64,000 nt of DNA, taken from contig CM120641.1 of the NCBI GenBank assembly GCA_051362555.1, positions 1,116,001 through 1,180,000 on the forward strand. The letters are read 5' to 3'. The position numbers and the translations under genes were made by a program. Of this stretch, positions 39,182 through 52,521 are shown in pieces. The first letter of the stretch is position 1; each line of letters opens with the position of its first letter. Below the pieces are notes generated by a model. That model ran no database searches. It saw nothing but the letters and a program-made list of their open reading frames with translations, and was not told the origin of the DNA. The stretch comes from Lingula anatina (lineage: Eukaryota > Animalia > Brachiopoda).

Positions 39182-42106
39182 AGCGATACCGGTGGCCGAC
39201 ACCTTATTCCATTGTTGTCGTAATCAGGCATTTTGTCCTTGTATGCCAACTGTTTCTACCCCGACTTAAATCTCTACTGCGATTCAACATTTACGGAATG
39301 ATCGGACGAAGACAGCAAAGGAAACCATTGGCAAGCAAGACAACGCAGCATTGCTGCAATCAGACGTAATGTTACGTGGTTAGGTTGTTTTTCGCCTTGT
39401 ATTGCTGGAGAATCATTGAAAGCGTAATATAGGCCTTTAATAATGAAAGAACTGGCTAGCGTTAGATATGAATCTTTTATTTTCTTTTCAAAGGTGCGTG
39501 AAGAGGCGCTGTTGTTGGCGCATCCAGTATAGTGTCAGAACATTGGTGAAAGTATATAGTATAACATTGTGGTATGCTACAGAAGACAGCATTAAGGGGC
39601 AGCGAACTGCAATTCTGTTCGAACTTACGGGGATGGATACTCAGTGATTTATTTCCTTATCAGCTTAGATATAGTGGAAGTAAGCACAGTCACGTCGTGA
39701 GATAATATATTTCAAAGATACATCAGGGTGAATTTCCTTATCCAACCTGATGCTATTTTGCTAGGTGTAGACCTTCATAAAGTATGGAACCCCCATAAAC
39801 TTTTTACTAGACCGTTAATATACCCACTGCGGTGACACAGAAACGCTATTTCTATCCCAGAAACAGATTTTGAGATTTTATTGCATTATTTGTTCATACA
39901 TGGAATCACTTTGCCTATAATGCTCAGATAGTGTGTCACTCCTCGAGTTTTATGTTTATCATGATCGAACAAAACGTATTAGACCAAATGCCATATTGAT
40001 TTGGCGAATAAAATGATAATTAAACAAGTTTAAGTTTTTTCAACGAAAGAAAGAAGCTCAATATTATGTCGCGAATAAGTAAACATCACTGTTTTATTGA
40101 TCAAAGTTAATAAGTTACCCTATCTATTGGTTTTAGTTATATCTTATTGAATAAATCTTTATTCCACTTGATGTTAATGAACTTATTAATTCAAGTGCTT
40201 CAAGAATGAATAGTTACGATAATGGCATTTGTACACACTGGGGCAAACCGGCTGAGTTCATATTGAAAAATTAAAGAGACGTACTAATACAAATATTTAA
40301 AATGTGCTCATTGAGTTAAGGGGTCTATAGTTCTGTAGTTGTTTTAGTTTGTGCCCTTCCACGTGACCAGTACCTATAGTTTCCTGACTGATTGTCTACT
40401 GTTAGTCACCGTGAACCAGGAGGTACCTTTTCCTTTATGCAGGTGTCACACTTTCCCGACAATGACACCAGGTGAGCACCCGACAAAAGACATGTTCAAA
40501 TTCGACCCTGGTGATAAAAACACCAAGGCAATTGTGAGGGCATTTGAAGCCAGCGGATGTCAGCAGGTGGAGTATTTATGGAGAGACAAACACCAGATGA
40601 TAAGATCGAGGTTGTTTATCAGTTTTTATTCTTATTTATCCTTTTCCTGATACTTTTAATTCTTAATAAAACCGACTTTTCTATTTCAGTTTGGTAAAGA
40701 CGTATACAGAAAATGAATGGAAATACAGGGGAATTTTGACATTGTACTGGAAAAGTATATAGCCCTATTTTAATGAAGTTTATTTGGCTGATGTATTGGC
40801 TAAAAGTAACAGAAATTCATCTCTTTTTGTTGTTAATTTTCAAATTGCGTGTACGAGAATGCAGCTGAGTTCGATGCCTGGAAGCAGGACAAAAACGTGT
40901 ATAGAACAAGTATAATTACTTTTCAGGCAACGTTTTGTAAATAGTCAAATGTTTGTTAATAATTCATAAATTCAGTTCTAATCGCCTGGCAATAAAACGA
41001 TAAAACACCACCCTTTACGCGACTTATAACTAGATACATGTACATGTACTTTGTCGTCCTCCATTTGAACTTTAAACCGCAATGCTCATAAAATGAATCA
41101 CCTGCTTATTTCACGTTTATATTCACATGGGATAGATCATCAAGGACTTCGACATTAGGTAGCTATTGTTGTTGTTGTTGTTAAAGATTTTTTATGTCGT
41201 ACCACATGTAGTATTACTGGTAGGATGTTAAATGCTAACCTGGCGTTCCCTGTACGGCTTGACACAGGACATTGAATAGATATCAATTTAAACAATGCAG
41301 CGTCCTCGAGGAGGCCGTGTGAAAACAGAACTCAAATCAAGTAGTGGCTTAATGAGCGCTGTGTCAACCCGTCCATCGTGTCGAAAATACTTAATTATCC
41401 AGTTTCTTCAACGAGGAATTAATGGAACGGATTAAAACGCGCAACGCATGCTATTTCTGTATTCAGAGGATGCATTCGCTGATGCGTGTACTGCAGAACA
41501 AGACACTGCAAGATATGTTTAACTTCTGTCTATTAACAATACACTCCGTCCATCAAAACATTTTACGACCACGAAATGGCTCAATCCTCGAGAGACTTGA
41601 AAGGTTTTACCGAGTGATTCACAAATGTTATGGGATTGATCAAAAATTCATAGCTTTCATTTAATAGACGTTCCAGGCATTTTTCTTCACACACAATGTT
41701 GAATTGCTTAGATCTGGGCTCAGTTTGTTGAAAGTGGTAGTCTTTCACTTCGTTTTAGATAAATTGAACGGCGTAGCGGTAAAGTTGCTGTCAGAACAAC
41801 CAAAAGCCGCAAAATCTACGAATTACCTTATGAAATACGGACACTTTTAACAGGGGAAACCTAATCCGGGACATCTGAAAAACGGACAAGAAATACATGC
41901 ACCGATATTCTGACCGGAAGCACAGCACAAAAGATTTAAGGCGAAAAAAGATGCAACACGGGGAAAAATATGTTATGTAAGAAAAATGATACAACAGATA
42001 TAACGTACACGTACAATATTATTTACGACAACGCACAAACGGAATCACCATAGAAGGAAAAAGCTGACTGATACAAGCACATTGAAGAAAGTCACTTCCA
42101 GTTACA

Positions 42107-43204
42107 ATGATTTGTGAAAACAACCCGGACCTTGTCTTCTTCAAGGAAACTGAGCAGACTCTGTTCAGTTATATCTTTTCTTTTTATTGCATCGGAACAG
42201 TGGCCGTAGCTGGGATAATCGGCAACATTCTATCCATCGTGGTCCTCTCCAGGGATAAGTCAGAGGCCCACTTAAAGCACCTGCTTCGCGGTCTAGCTCT
42301 AGTTGACTGCGTCTTTTTAATCTTCGTGTTGCCGACAAGTGTCCTCCCCAATGGCTACCCACACATTCGAGGTCTGGAGGAATACTACTTCTTCGTGTAC
42401 CCCTTCTTACTGATCTGGCTGCTCCCGCTAATGTACGCCGGGCAAACGGCGTCAGTGTGGATGGTGGTGATGGTAACGGTAGACCGTTACTTTGCCGTCT
42501 GTCGTCCCTTCAGTAAATTTAGGTTCAGCGCAAAGCGTGCTGCTCATGTTCCCTGGGTCGTTTTCCTTGCGGCCGTCATTTACAATATTCCACGGTTCTT
42601 TGAACGGTACATAACTGACGTCACGTATGACATCCCGACCTGTGGAAACGTCACGTTCTACCGCGTGCTGTCGACAGAACTTGACACGAGCTTTTATTAC
42701 AAGTTAATTTACAAGGTCATTCTATACTTTGCTGTTATTCTTGTAGGACCTTTGACTACGTTAACAGTGCTCAACACACTTTTAGTGCTAGCTGTCAGGA
42801 AGAATAGAAAAACACGCAAGGAGGTTCTCGGGATTTCGTCATACTCTAAGAGAGATGACGTCACAGTTATGCTTATCAGTGTCGTTTTTGTTTTCATCAT
42901 ATCTCAGCTTCCTGACGTCACTGGGCAGATAAGCACGATCACAGAAAATGAGCAGTCCGATGAAGTCAAAATCGCATTTTCTTACATTTTACACGCGACA
43001 AATGGCCTTCTCGTGATCAATTCTTCGGCGAACTTCTTTATTTATTGTATGTTTGGAAGACGGTTTCGCAAACTGGCAACCACAGTGTTGTGTCGATGCA
43101 GTGTCACGGTGGAAGACGTGAATTCCAGTAGATTCTCAAGGAAAAGCACAATTTCGTGTAACAACGGTAACAGAAGCATTCAGACCATTTCTAGCCGCGT
43201 ATGA
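42107..43204 (+). CDS. Class A GPCR, FMRFamide-receptor-like group, single coding exon, 365 aa
   Basis: Seven hydrophobic segments and the motifs GIIGNILSIVVL, LALVD, VTVDRYFAVCRPF, YNIPRFFE and NSSANFFIYCMFGRRFR, typical of invertebrate FMRFamide/sex-peptide-receptor-like GPCRs. Confidence 0.93.
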   Translation: MICENNPDLVFFKETEQTLFSYIFSFYCIGTVAVAGIIGNILSIVVLSRDKSEAHLKHLLRGLALVDCVFLIFVLPTSVLPNGYPHIRGLEEYYFFVYPFLLIWLLPLMYAGQTASVWMVVMVTVDRYFAVCRPFSKFRFSAKRAAHVPWVVFLAAVIYNIPRFFERYITDVTYDIPTCGNVTFYRVLSTELDTSFYYKLIYKVILYFAVILVGPLTTLTVLNTLLVLAVRKNRKTRKEVLGISSYSKRDDVTVMLISVVFVFIISQLPDVTGQISTITENEQSDEVKIAFSYILHATNGLLVINSSANFFIYCMFGRRFRKLATTVLCRCSVTVEDVNSSRFSRKSTISCNNGNRSIQTISSRV

Positions 43205-43899
43205 AGACAATGACAGGAACTTTCTGTGTAATCTTTTTCATGTACAACTTGGGTTGATTTGTTTGAATCTACCACAAAATGTGGTGCATCGTTGTAAAGA
43301 CGGCAACAAACTATAAATCAACTGGCTTTGTCTTATGATTATGAAGAAAAAAAGAAAATTATAATGAAAAATAGTATTTTATTTAAAACAACAGTGCTCG
43401 TATAATGCCTCGTCACAAGGTGGCGATTCGCGTAACTTATAAGTTCTTGCAAAATATCAGATGTGTTTTCCTTTATTTTGAATTTATATGAGGTAAACAG
43501 GAATGAATATATTTTAGTGCGTTTGTAGTGAAGAGGAAGGTTCAATTTCATGTGAAAGTCGCAGTTTACAGACAACCGCTGTGTAATTGTATACGGTACA
43601 CATACTATATTTTGGTTGGAAAAGAAAGGAAGACACTAGAGTCCATTAACTGATGTATTCACACATTTAAAGTACCTGCAATTTATACATGTAAATAATT
43701 TATATTTGTATAAATGGACACTTATACTCCACCGTAGGCCCATTTATTTGCCCTTGTTTATTGTTGCAATGAAAACTTTTGTCCTGGTGTACTCCTTTGC
43801 CGTTTTAGTGTTCACCATTCCGTCCAGATAGAATAATAATCGTGACAATTATAAACTTTTGTTTGTCAGTCTATTTCACATGATTAGTGTGAAGAGTAA

Positions 43900-46800
43900 T
43901 CAGTCAGCTTCAATCACGAATTTCCGAAATTCATTGCTGAATTTTAGTGATTGTCTGCGATGCTTAACATCCAACACAGGCCTGCTTGAAACTACCGGCA
44001 AAGATAGATCCTTAGCTGCTGTCGAGGTAGATGCTCCCATTTCTTGTATTTTTAACAAAGACTCAGGGTTTGATCTAATCCCAAACGTCCTGGGCGCTGA
44101 GATATCAGGTAATTCCTCCTTGTTGGACTCTCCTATCGGCCGGAGAGACGACCCGGGCCGAGATGGCGCTGCAGGACTGCGCGAACGTGCAACCATGCTT
44201 GAAAGTCTGTAGGCGCTATTTTGGTCGTCTGCCACAGTTTTGCCACTTTGGGGGTTATCGCTGTAATTGATCACGTCTACGCGACTGAGAAACGAGGTAG
44301 TTCTCCGCGAAAGCTTTGTTAGTTTTTTTCGCCATTTTGTTTTGTACTGCTTGTGACTTGACATAAGCTCTCTAGAACAAAAAATGAAATTTTCAGTGAT
44401 GCATAAATGTGCCAGTGTCCTATTAATTTGTGACAGAAGAAAAAAATCCGTTCATACCTGGTTCGACTTATTATTTTCTTTACAATAAAAGTCAAATTTA
44501 CTTAACGATTTTTAATGCTAGGGAGTGTCCTGCACAAATCTCCTACCTATAATCAATCTCTCCGTTGTCATTGGTGTCTATCTCTGCCAGAAGTTCGTCA
44601 AGCTGCGCCTCACTGAACGGAATGCCAGCCATCTAAGTATAATATAATACACACACATGTAAAGGGGGGTGCTGCTGTTTTCAAAGTTTTAAAAGGATCA
44701 AATCGTTGACCTTTGATTGTGAAATCAAATTTTGTTATGGAATATTATTTCTCTAATTGAGGTGTTTTGGTAAACATTTACGTTGGATGTGTGAAAATGA
44801 AAATAGCAAAACTGTAACAAGCCTTAAAGGACAAGCTTTGAAGTACTAAAACTTTCCTTCAATGTCGTCTTTCAAATAAAGGTCAAGAGACAAACAGTTT
44901 CAAACTATAAAAGCTGGTTACACGATCATAACTTTCACTTAGTTTTAGTTAGGCAAAGTAATCTTTATGTAGTAAGGAGTAGTAAATCAAATACTGAAAC
45001 TCGCATGTAAATTGACTGCTCTCTTCGAGAAGAAAGTCTCTCAGTTTACCCGTATCCCTTTCCTAAACTCCTCCGGCGTAATGGCCCAATCTTTGTTGTG
45101 GTCAAACTGCGAGAAGAGATCGGTCATCCTCAGTCCACTGTCCCTCACATACATCTGGAGTAGAAACATGGGGTCCACGTGGAAGTCGTCTCTATCGGCC
45201 CAGCGTTTGGCAAACACGTCCTCGGAACGCACGAATTCACCGTGGATCACCTTGAAAGACGGGCGCGTGACTCGCAGTTCCTCCTTCAGCGCTAGGAATC
45301 GGTAACTTACGGGTATATTCTAAGAGGGAAAATATTGAATTTAATAAATTTATATCGGCTTAAAGTTTTTTTATTATAATTCCATTTAACAAGAAAGAAA
45401 TGTAGCTGTATAATTCGATTTTTTCTAAAGAACATCGTCAATTATCATATTAGGATGAAGACAACCAAAATCTTCAATTCTTATTTATTAAATTATCTAC
45501 TTTAAGTCATCGAAAGTCGACTACATGCTACTGTGTGATATTGTATCTTGCATCTTGCACTTCATTCTTAAAGGGATAACAACTGTTCACTTTGGCCAAA
45601 AAAAAATTAATTTTTTGGGGGTAAAGGACAATTTCCCATACTTACCAATGATTAATGAATCCTTTCCCGCATTGTCCCTGTTTTTTTTTATAAAAAGTTT
45701 GGTTTTTTGTAATATTCTCTTTAGAGATTATTAGAGTGTAGCCATCTGTCATGTGAGGTCATGTGATGTGATGGCAAGCACAAACTCCAGAATAAATGCG
45801 TTCTCCGCCGTTTTGGTGGTAAAATAGAATTTATTATATTTCTATGAGTTGTTTACAATGTATTTATTGTGAAATATGGATATCTTACGAACAGTTGTTA
45901 TCCCTTTAAAGTTTCTTTCAAAAGCTTGTTTAGATATTTGCGAAGCTGGAATTATAGTCCCCTCCTATACTATGTTTGACCATGACTTCTACAATCAAAA
46001 ACTCTTCCATTTGACAAACAAATGGAAATGTCATAACCAGCCGAAGTACATGGTTTAATATTTCCTTCATTATAAAATCGACAATCGTAAAATTCATTTT
46101 TTAAATTGCATATTAAAGACAGACCTTCAGTTCTAAATACCGAATGGCCACAGGCGGGTTGTTCCTGAGAAGACTAAGAAGAAACCAGGCGCCTGCGGTC
46201 GTTAAAGGATTAAAGCTCAGCTGAAAAAAAGGCAAAAAACGCATTAACGGCGTTTGCACGAGTTCGATTGTGTGACAAACTAAAACCACTGGTGCAGGGT
46301 TAGCCTCTCCGCTTCTTACACGCCTTCCAACGCGTGGTCCCTGCAGGTGCACAGTAATTAGATCTCGGCCCCATTCGACCAGACGTGTGGAGAGTCCATT
46401 ACAGAGGCGTAGAGATCATTACAGGATTAAGCGGTCTTCCTTTTATGTAGGGTCCTCCATATTTTAGCCTTAGACCAGTTGATAGTCGGACCTTATATTC
46501 TGACTGGCCCCTAATACTAGTAAAGTTGTCAGAATGATACATAATGAACCTCTTTCGGGTAAGGAAATGAACAGTTTAGGCCTTCCTGATTAGTAACAAG
46601 ATTTTGGTCAATACAAGATTGAGAATGCAAAAATAAATATATGTACAGATAGCAATGGTAAGCAACTCTTAGGTGTTTGTCTTACACTGCCAAATAGTGA
46701 CATTTAAGAAAAAAACTGTGGTTTTATAAAGCCATCGGAGAAGATATTAACTGGCACGTTGCACGCGGTTGTATAAAACGTCTTCTTGGAACACGTTAGT

Positions 46801-49800
46801 TCAAGAGTCATTTTATCCATGTTTGTCTACATAACCCTCGCTGCCAGCTGTTTGTGAAATGTTTTTACTGAGATCATCGGAGCAAGATGCAATACATGTA
46901 ACTACACGTTTTTCACATTATTCAACCACTTCTTCTTATCTTTTTCTGCAGTATGAAAGTAGAACTGCACTTACTTTCAGCACTCGCAGGGAAGTGTTTC
47001 GCTTTAATCCGTTCATGAGATCCGTTAATCCGTCCATGAAAATCCGGTTATTGGACAGATCTAGCTCCTTCAAGGTCTTATTACACTTCATGGCGTTGCC
47101 CATGGCCTTGGCGCCGTCGTCAGAGAATCCGTTCCAAGAAACGTTTAGTACCCTTAGAACCTGGTTAACCTAAGACATGTACTTCGTTATTCAGAGTGTT
47201 TGTGTGAACTTTGATGGCACTAATTGAAAAAAGCATTTGTTTACTTTAATATGGCAACCTTGAACTGTTCGATTAAAAGTTGGAATAATACAATATGCCT
47301 ATCTCTAGTACAGAGAGGATTAGAGTAAAAAAAAATGATTTATATATGAAATTGAGAAAAATGATTAGAACTATAAAACAACAAGATGTTTAGGCTTAAA
47401 ATGCATAACCATTATACAGGATACCATTGCAATATTGTTTTGAATTTGAAAAAAGCGTTGCTTACTTTTAGTCCATCTGCTAGAGCGATCGCGCCCTTCA
47501 ATCTGAAATGGTTCCAAGACAAGTCCAGATCTTCTAGGGTATCGTTAACAGCTTCAATGAAATATAGGAAAAATACAGATATATTAATTAATTTATTTAT
47601 TTAAGAGACGGGTTAATTTATATGGCGCCAATAAGCAATCAGTGTAACAATATATTTGAATGTTATCACTGCGTTATAATTTAGCCAGAACATTTTTTTC
47701 TAAAACTCTTCTCTACATAGCTATTCGTCTTTTTGTTAGCACTGTTCACACAAAGACGATCAGCAATGTGTAGAAAAGTGAAATATGTGTATATGCAATA
47801 CTTTATAATCAGCTTCATTGTTCCCTCTTCTTTATTATATATCTAATCTTCAGAATTTCCCCCGGGTCATATTTCATATTTTCAAAGTTCCCATTTCAAC
47901 TGTGCTTACATATTGTATTCATTTCTTTTTGGTCTTATTCGGTCTTGCCATGTCGGAAACTTCACATCAATTAACATCACGTGGCATTGTTTAAAAAACG
48001 GAATTTGGCATATCACTTGTAAAAATATATGAAAACAGACATATTGTAAAATGCCAAGACCACTGATACTGTATAATACCAGTGTTGATGGCTGACTGTC
48101 TTACCCAGTGCTTCTCCAAGTGCATTACCCGCACTTTCACGGAATTCATTGTGAGACATATTAAGCTGTAGCAGTCCGTGATTTTCCTGGAAAGATGAAT
48201 GACACTTAAAGACGCGTAACTCAGATATCTTCTAAGGATACACGGGTTTTTACTATTGGGTCTCCCGTGGGAATTTAACGCCTGCTAAAATACGATACCA
48301 TCATAACAGCAGTTAACTGTGGGAAGGCATGAATAACATGAATAGTTCAAGAGACTGTTTCAACGAAAAAATACGAGACGATAAAACCCGATGTCATTAG
48401 TTAATCAAAGCCAGCGACATTAGGTCTAGTGATATCATATGACAGCAACTGCTGAAGTTCATGATATTTGATTTCGTCATGCAAAAAGCAGGATAGGGGT
48501 AGAAAACAAGACACTTTGACAATTGCACCACGTGTTTTGCTCTTTATAGCGTATGTCAAATAGTTCTCGTTCAAACATTACAGGATTTCACCCGCGCTGT
48601 AAAATTTTCGAACTGCCATATTTGTAAAACCAGTCATTTTCACACAATATCAATACAGTAGAATGAATAAAGAATTATTACTATGTAAAGTTAATTTGCC
48701 AACAAATTCCCTTTACCTTTAATCCGTCTGTTATATGTCGGACATCAGCGTCTTTAAACCTATTCCCTGCAAGGAAACAACACAGCTGAGAAAAACAAAC
48801 ATACAATGCGAACTTGAGTGCTTCAGTTAAATTCAACTTTGAAATTATTACCTACTGATATGAACCTCTATCAAGAAAAAGGCTACGTTTTTTTGTTGTT
48901 GTATGGTTCATGATGTGCTTTGATGAAATCTTAAATCGGTTTTCAATCCATCCAGTGCACCCTGCCCGGAGTGTCAGGGCCACTGTAAAGCTAGCTTGCT
49001 AACTATTCAAACGTTTTCATGGGATGGCTTCAAAGTGGGATAGCTTCAGTTTTGCTGATATGGGTTATATATGAAATCAAGATCGAGCTGGCAAAAATGA
49101 GATCTAGAACCTAGGGTAGTGCACCCTTTTGTAACCACAAGTAAACAACATTCCCTATGGCTGTATTTTAATTGAATGAAGCTCAACTAACGCATTTCGC
49201 ACTGTACATAACGTGTTACGGTGAATGTGACGAGAGTGAAAAGGGTAAAGTACGTCATGTCTGTATTTGTAGTAAGTATCCATTACGAAACCATTTGGAG
49301 GAGTTTTCTTAGACACACAACTCGTTTTTTTATTCTATATCGCCAATATTTCTAGTACACTTTAGGCTTTAAGTCTATATTATCAGAAACGAAACCACTC
49401 CATCAAAAAGTGTAGTTCCCCCGCACTAGCAGTAAATCACAGGGACAGTGTATTAGATGTAAAATTGTAAGTTTGACTTGAAATATTTACATACAACATT
49501 TTGTGTTGATAATGCAGAAGGTGCATGACTGAGAAATAATTACTAGGCACTTGTTGAGGACTGTAGAAACTTTTTATCAGTTTTTAACTCACAGGTGGTC
49601 GAAAGGGGATAAAGGCCCTTCTGCTAGAATTTGTGTCGATATTCTTACCTGAGATGTCTAGATGCTGGAGAGATCCATTTGAAGACAGGTGCCTCCCCAA
49701 GGCTTTGGCACTCGTGATGGTGAGAGCATTGTTCGCAATTTTCTGAATGTAAAAAAGAAAGGGCTGAACATCAGTGCGTTAGCAACTGAAAAACTCTTAT

Positions 49801-52199
49801 AATATGTATACATATTCCATTAGCTATTGAAGAGTCATCTCATAATTAACTTAACTTATTAATTAAATTAACTTAATAATTAAATTAACTTGGGCACAAA
49901 CAATGCACGTACATGAACATCAGCTGGAATGTACAACAGATATGGAATGTTGGATGTGATTTGAATTCTATAAGATACTTTAATTAATTTAAACCCCCTG
50001 TCGGTCAAAAAAAACGTACCAATGTGGAAACATAAACATTCTCCTGTAGTGCCTCTAAGAGATATGTCACGCCCTGGTCGCCTATGCAGTTGTTTGTGAT
50101 ATCTATCTCTGTCACATGAGTTACTGTCTAAGAAAATGCATCAGCAAATTGAAATTAACTTGAAATTAAACGTTTGTGAAGTTGTATGAAATAAATTCTA
50201 TACTATTCATACGTTTTTGGTGAGTGTTTACATTTTTACCGAAGCAGGGCACAGTATGATTGAATCAAAGCAATTCGTCAGAGCTGAAATTTACAAAATA
50301 AAAAACGATAAACATAGCGGTGATCTTCTAAAAAGCCATAGGGAGAAGCATCAGAGGTGTACCTCCTGTACGCAACGGGGGCATTTTAGACAATGTCTTA
50401 CTGGGGGTAATATGGCTGCACGCTCCAAGCATACCAGTTGCTTTGTGGTTAATCATTTTAATATAAAACCCAATATTACCAGCAACACCACGGCCACTGG
50501 CTTGACCTGCCTTGGTCCCAGCGCTCTGTCTGTTAGGTCCAGTTTCTGCAAGCCCTGGTCCTCCAACTGTCTGGTGATGGACGAGTATGGCGTCAGACCG
50601 CCCTGGTGACACGCTTGGACGTACAATGAGGCAGAATCTCCGGTGACACGTCCACGCGATCGTTTTGATGGTTCTGGAAGGTATATGGAGCAAATACGTC
50701 TGATGACAAACTTATGAATGGAATATTTGTTAATGGTAGGGGCACACGAAACCAAAGAATAAGCAATAACAACAAGGATTGGGCGAAAATGATACAGTTT
50801 GGATGAAACTAGGACAAATTGAACAGTTCAGCTGGTTTTCTCTCCTATCATAGGAAGACCCTGAAAAAAAGAATAGATTAAAATAATTGAACAACAGACC
50901 TGGCCCAAATGGCTTCTGTGCTTACGGGTTGATCAATATTTCCTGAGAAAACAAAGGACACCGCCTGACGCACAAGTCAGGTTTTTGCAGGGTGGCAGTA
51001 TTTTTTAAGTTGCTTAGTGTCTGATCATTTAACACTGAGAGCCAAAGGTTTGTCTCTCCATAAATACCAACAGATCAATGCATCTTTCTTTTTTGCAACG
51101 TAAAAGAAAATGAAATGCACTTTATATGCAATTGTAAATGTTGGGCATTTCTGGGCAGATACTGCCGACTGGTAAAATATAAACTGACTGCAAAACCTTA
51201 AAACGACAACAACAAAATATTACATAAATAGAAAAGGTCGTCTTCATTTACTAGCTATATTTCATGATTCTAAACGCCGGACGCCGCAGAGTAACTAGTC
51301 ACCAGCCCCTGCTGTTACCATAGCAACAACAGGACAACAGCCATATTCATGTAATTAACTAAAATTTCCCCAAAGTCTCATTCAAGAAACGGACTGTAGG
51401 CACTTAGCATTGTCCACAAAATGCCCATTAAATCCGGTAGCTAAGAACATATAGATAGATTTTGTACCACAGTTGTACACTTCAATACACAAAATACAAA
51501 ATATGTCAAAATGACATTTTACATCTTTAATATTCTTTGATCATTGTTTGTTTTATAATAAATACAACATGAATACTTACCTGTAATTTCGAGATCACTC
51601 TCATCGCTATCAGAATATCCATCAGTCATAGTAAGCAGTGTTACGTAGAGAGATAATGAACCACCAGCTTCGTAAGGATCAAGTTTTCTGTTAGTCCGAG
51701 AACCCCTGACAAATACATAAACATAAATTGCGACGTATCGGATGTGTATGATACTATTAAGCTTATTCTGCTCTTAAGATTTACGATGGTTTTTGTGTCA
51801 AGGGCCCCGGCGTAGGTTGGCCGATATATATTTCAACATTACATCAAACAAACGAACGTGGATGGACTTGAGGGAAATTTGGACATTGCACAAAATAGTA
51901 GAATAAAAATATTTGATTGTTATATAATTTTGAATAATGACATTCTTATCAAATTGTATTCAAAGAGTATTCGACATCACAATTTAAATCGTTTCAGACT
52001 ATTAACATGTATCTTGTTTCTTTTAATTATTAATTATCATTTATTAAAATTAATACATATTTTGATAAACAATGACAGTATCTTACCTGAGAAGAGAAAA
52101 CGTAACTCTATCTTCCTCGCTGTCAGGTGTTGAAGTTTGAAACCACAGCCTTACCGCGTCCAACAAATTAATAACACCTGAATTCTGAGTGGTAACCAT
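43900..52199 (-). CDS. LRRC74: Gene 4: LRRC74-like protein (ribonuclease-inhibitor-type LRRs plus EF-hand pair), paralog 1, about 656 aa
   Basis: Exons 52199-52087, 51705-51581 (SDLEI), 50673-50480 (LYVQAC..GLTP...LGP), 50127-50020, 49742-49649, 48766-48717, 48186-48105, 47551-47466 (LDLSWNHFRLKGA), 47169-46975 (LNVSWNGFSDDGA), 46220-46125, 45319-45050 (EF DHNKDWAITPEEF), 44632-44547 (EF DTNDNGEIDYREL), 44371-43900. Total 1971 nt, in frame. The first exon is the least certain. Confidence 0.85.
45572..45905. mobile_element. Kolobok-like MITE, 334 bp
   Basis: Perfect 17-bp TIRs AGGGATAACAACTGTTC and GAACAGTTGTTATCCCT, flanked by TTAA at 45568-45571 and 45906-45909. Confidence 0.85.
51314..51327. 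promoter_or_regulatory. RFX X-box motif in intron 2 of gene 4
   Basis: GTTACCATAGCAAC matches the GTNRCC-AT-RGYAAC consensus. RFX factors are established regulators of ciliary genes. Confidence 0.55.
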
Positions 52200-52462
52200 G
52201 GTCGATACTTCATGTTTATTTTATAACTACAATGAACCCCTCACCTTTATGATACGGCATTATATGAACATCCACAAATTACCCTCAATCTACGACGTTT
52301 TAATGCGTGTCTATGGTCCCAAGGGGTCGATCGGTCATATATATATACTGGTACAGACGTAATAAATGGCTCAAACTCAGCTAATGGCGTGCATGTGCTA
52401 GACTCTGGAGATAAGGAGAGTGTGCCTCATTTTAAAAACTTTAAAATTATCCTTTTACTTTT

Positions 52463-52497
<35 letters not shown>

Positions 52498-52521
52498 GGT
52501 GGTGGTGGTGGGAGTGGTGGT
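52463..52521. repeat. (TAG)n(TGG)n microsatellite
   Basis: Directly visible. Confidence 0.9.

Noticed and set aside
42616-42920. Three TGACGTCA motifs inside the GPCR coding sequence
   Set aside because: Explained by Asp-Val-Thr codons, with no independent regulatory evidence.
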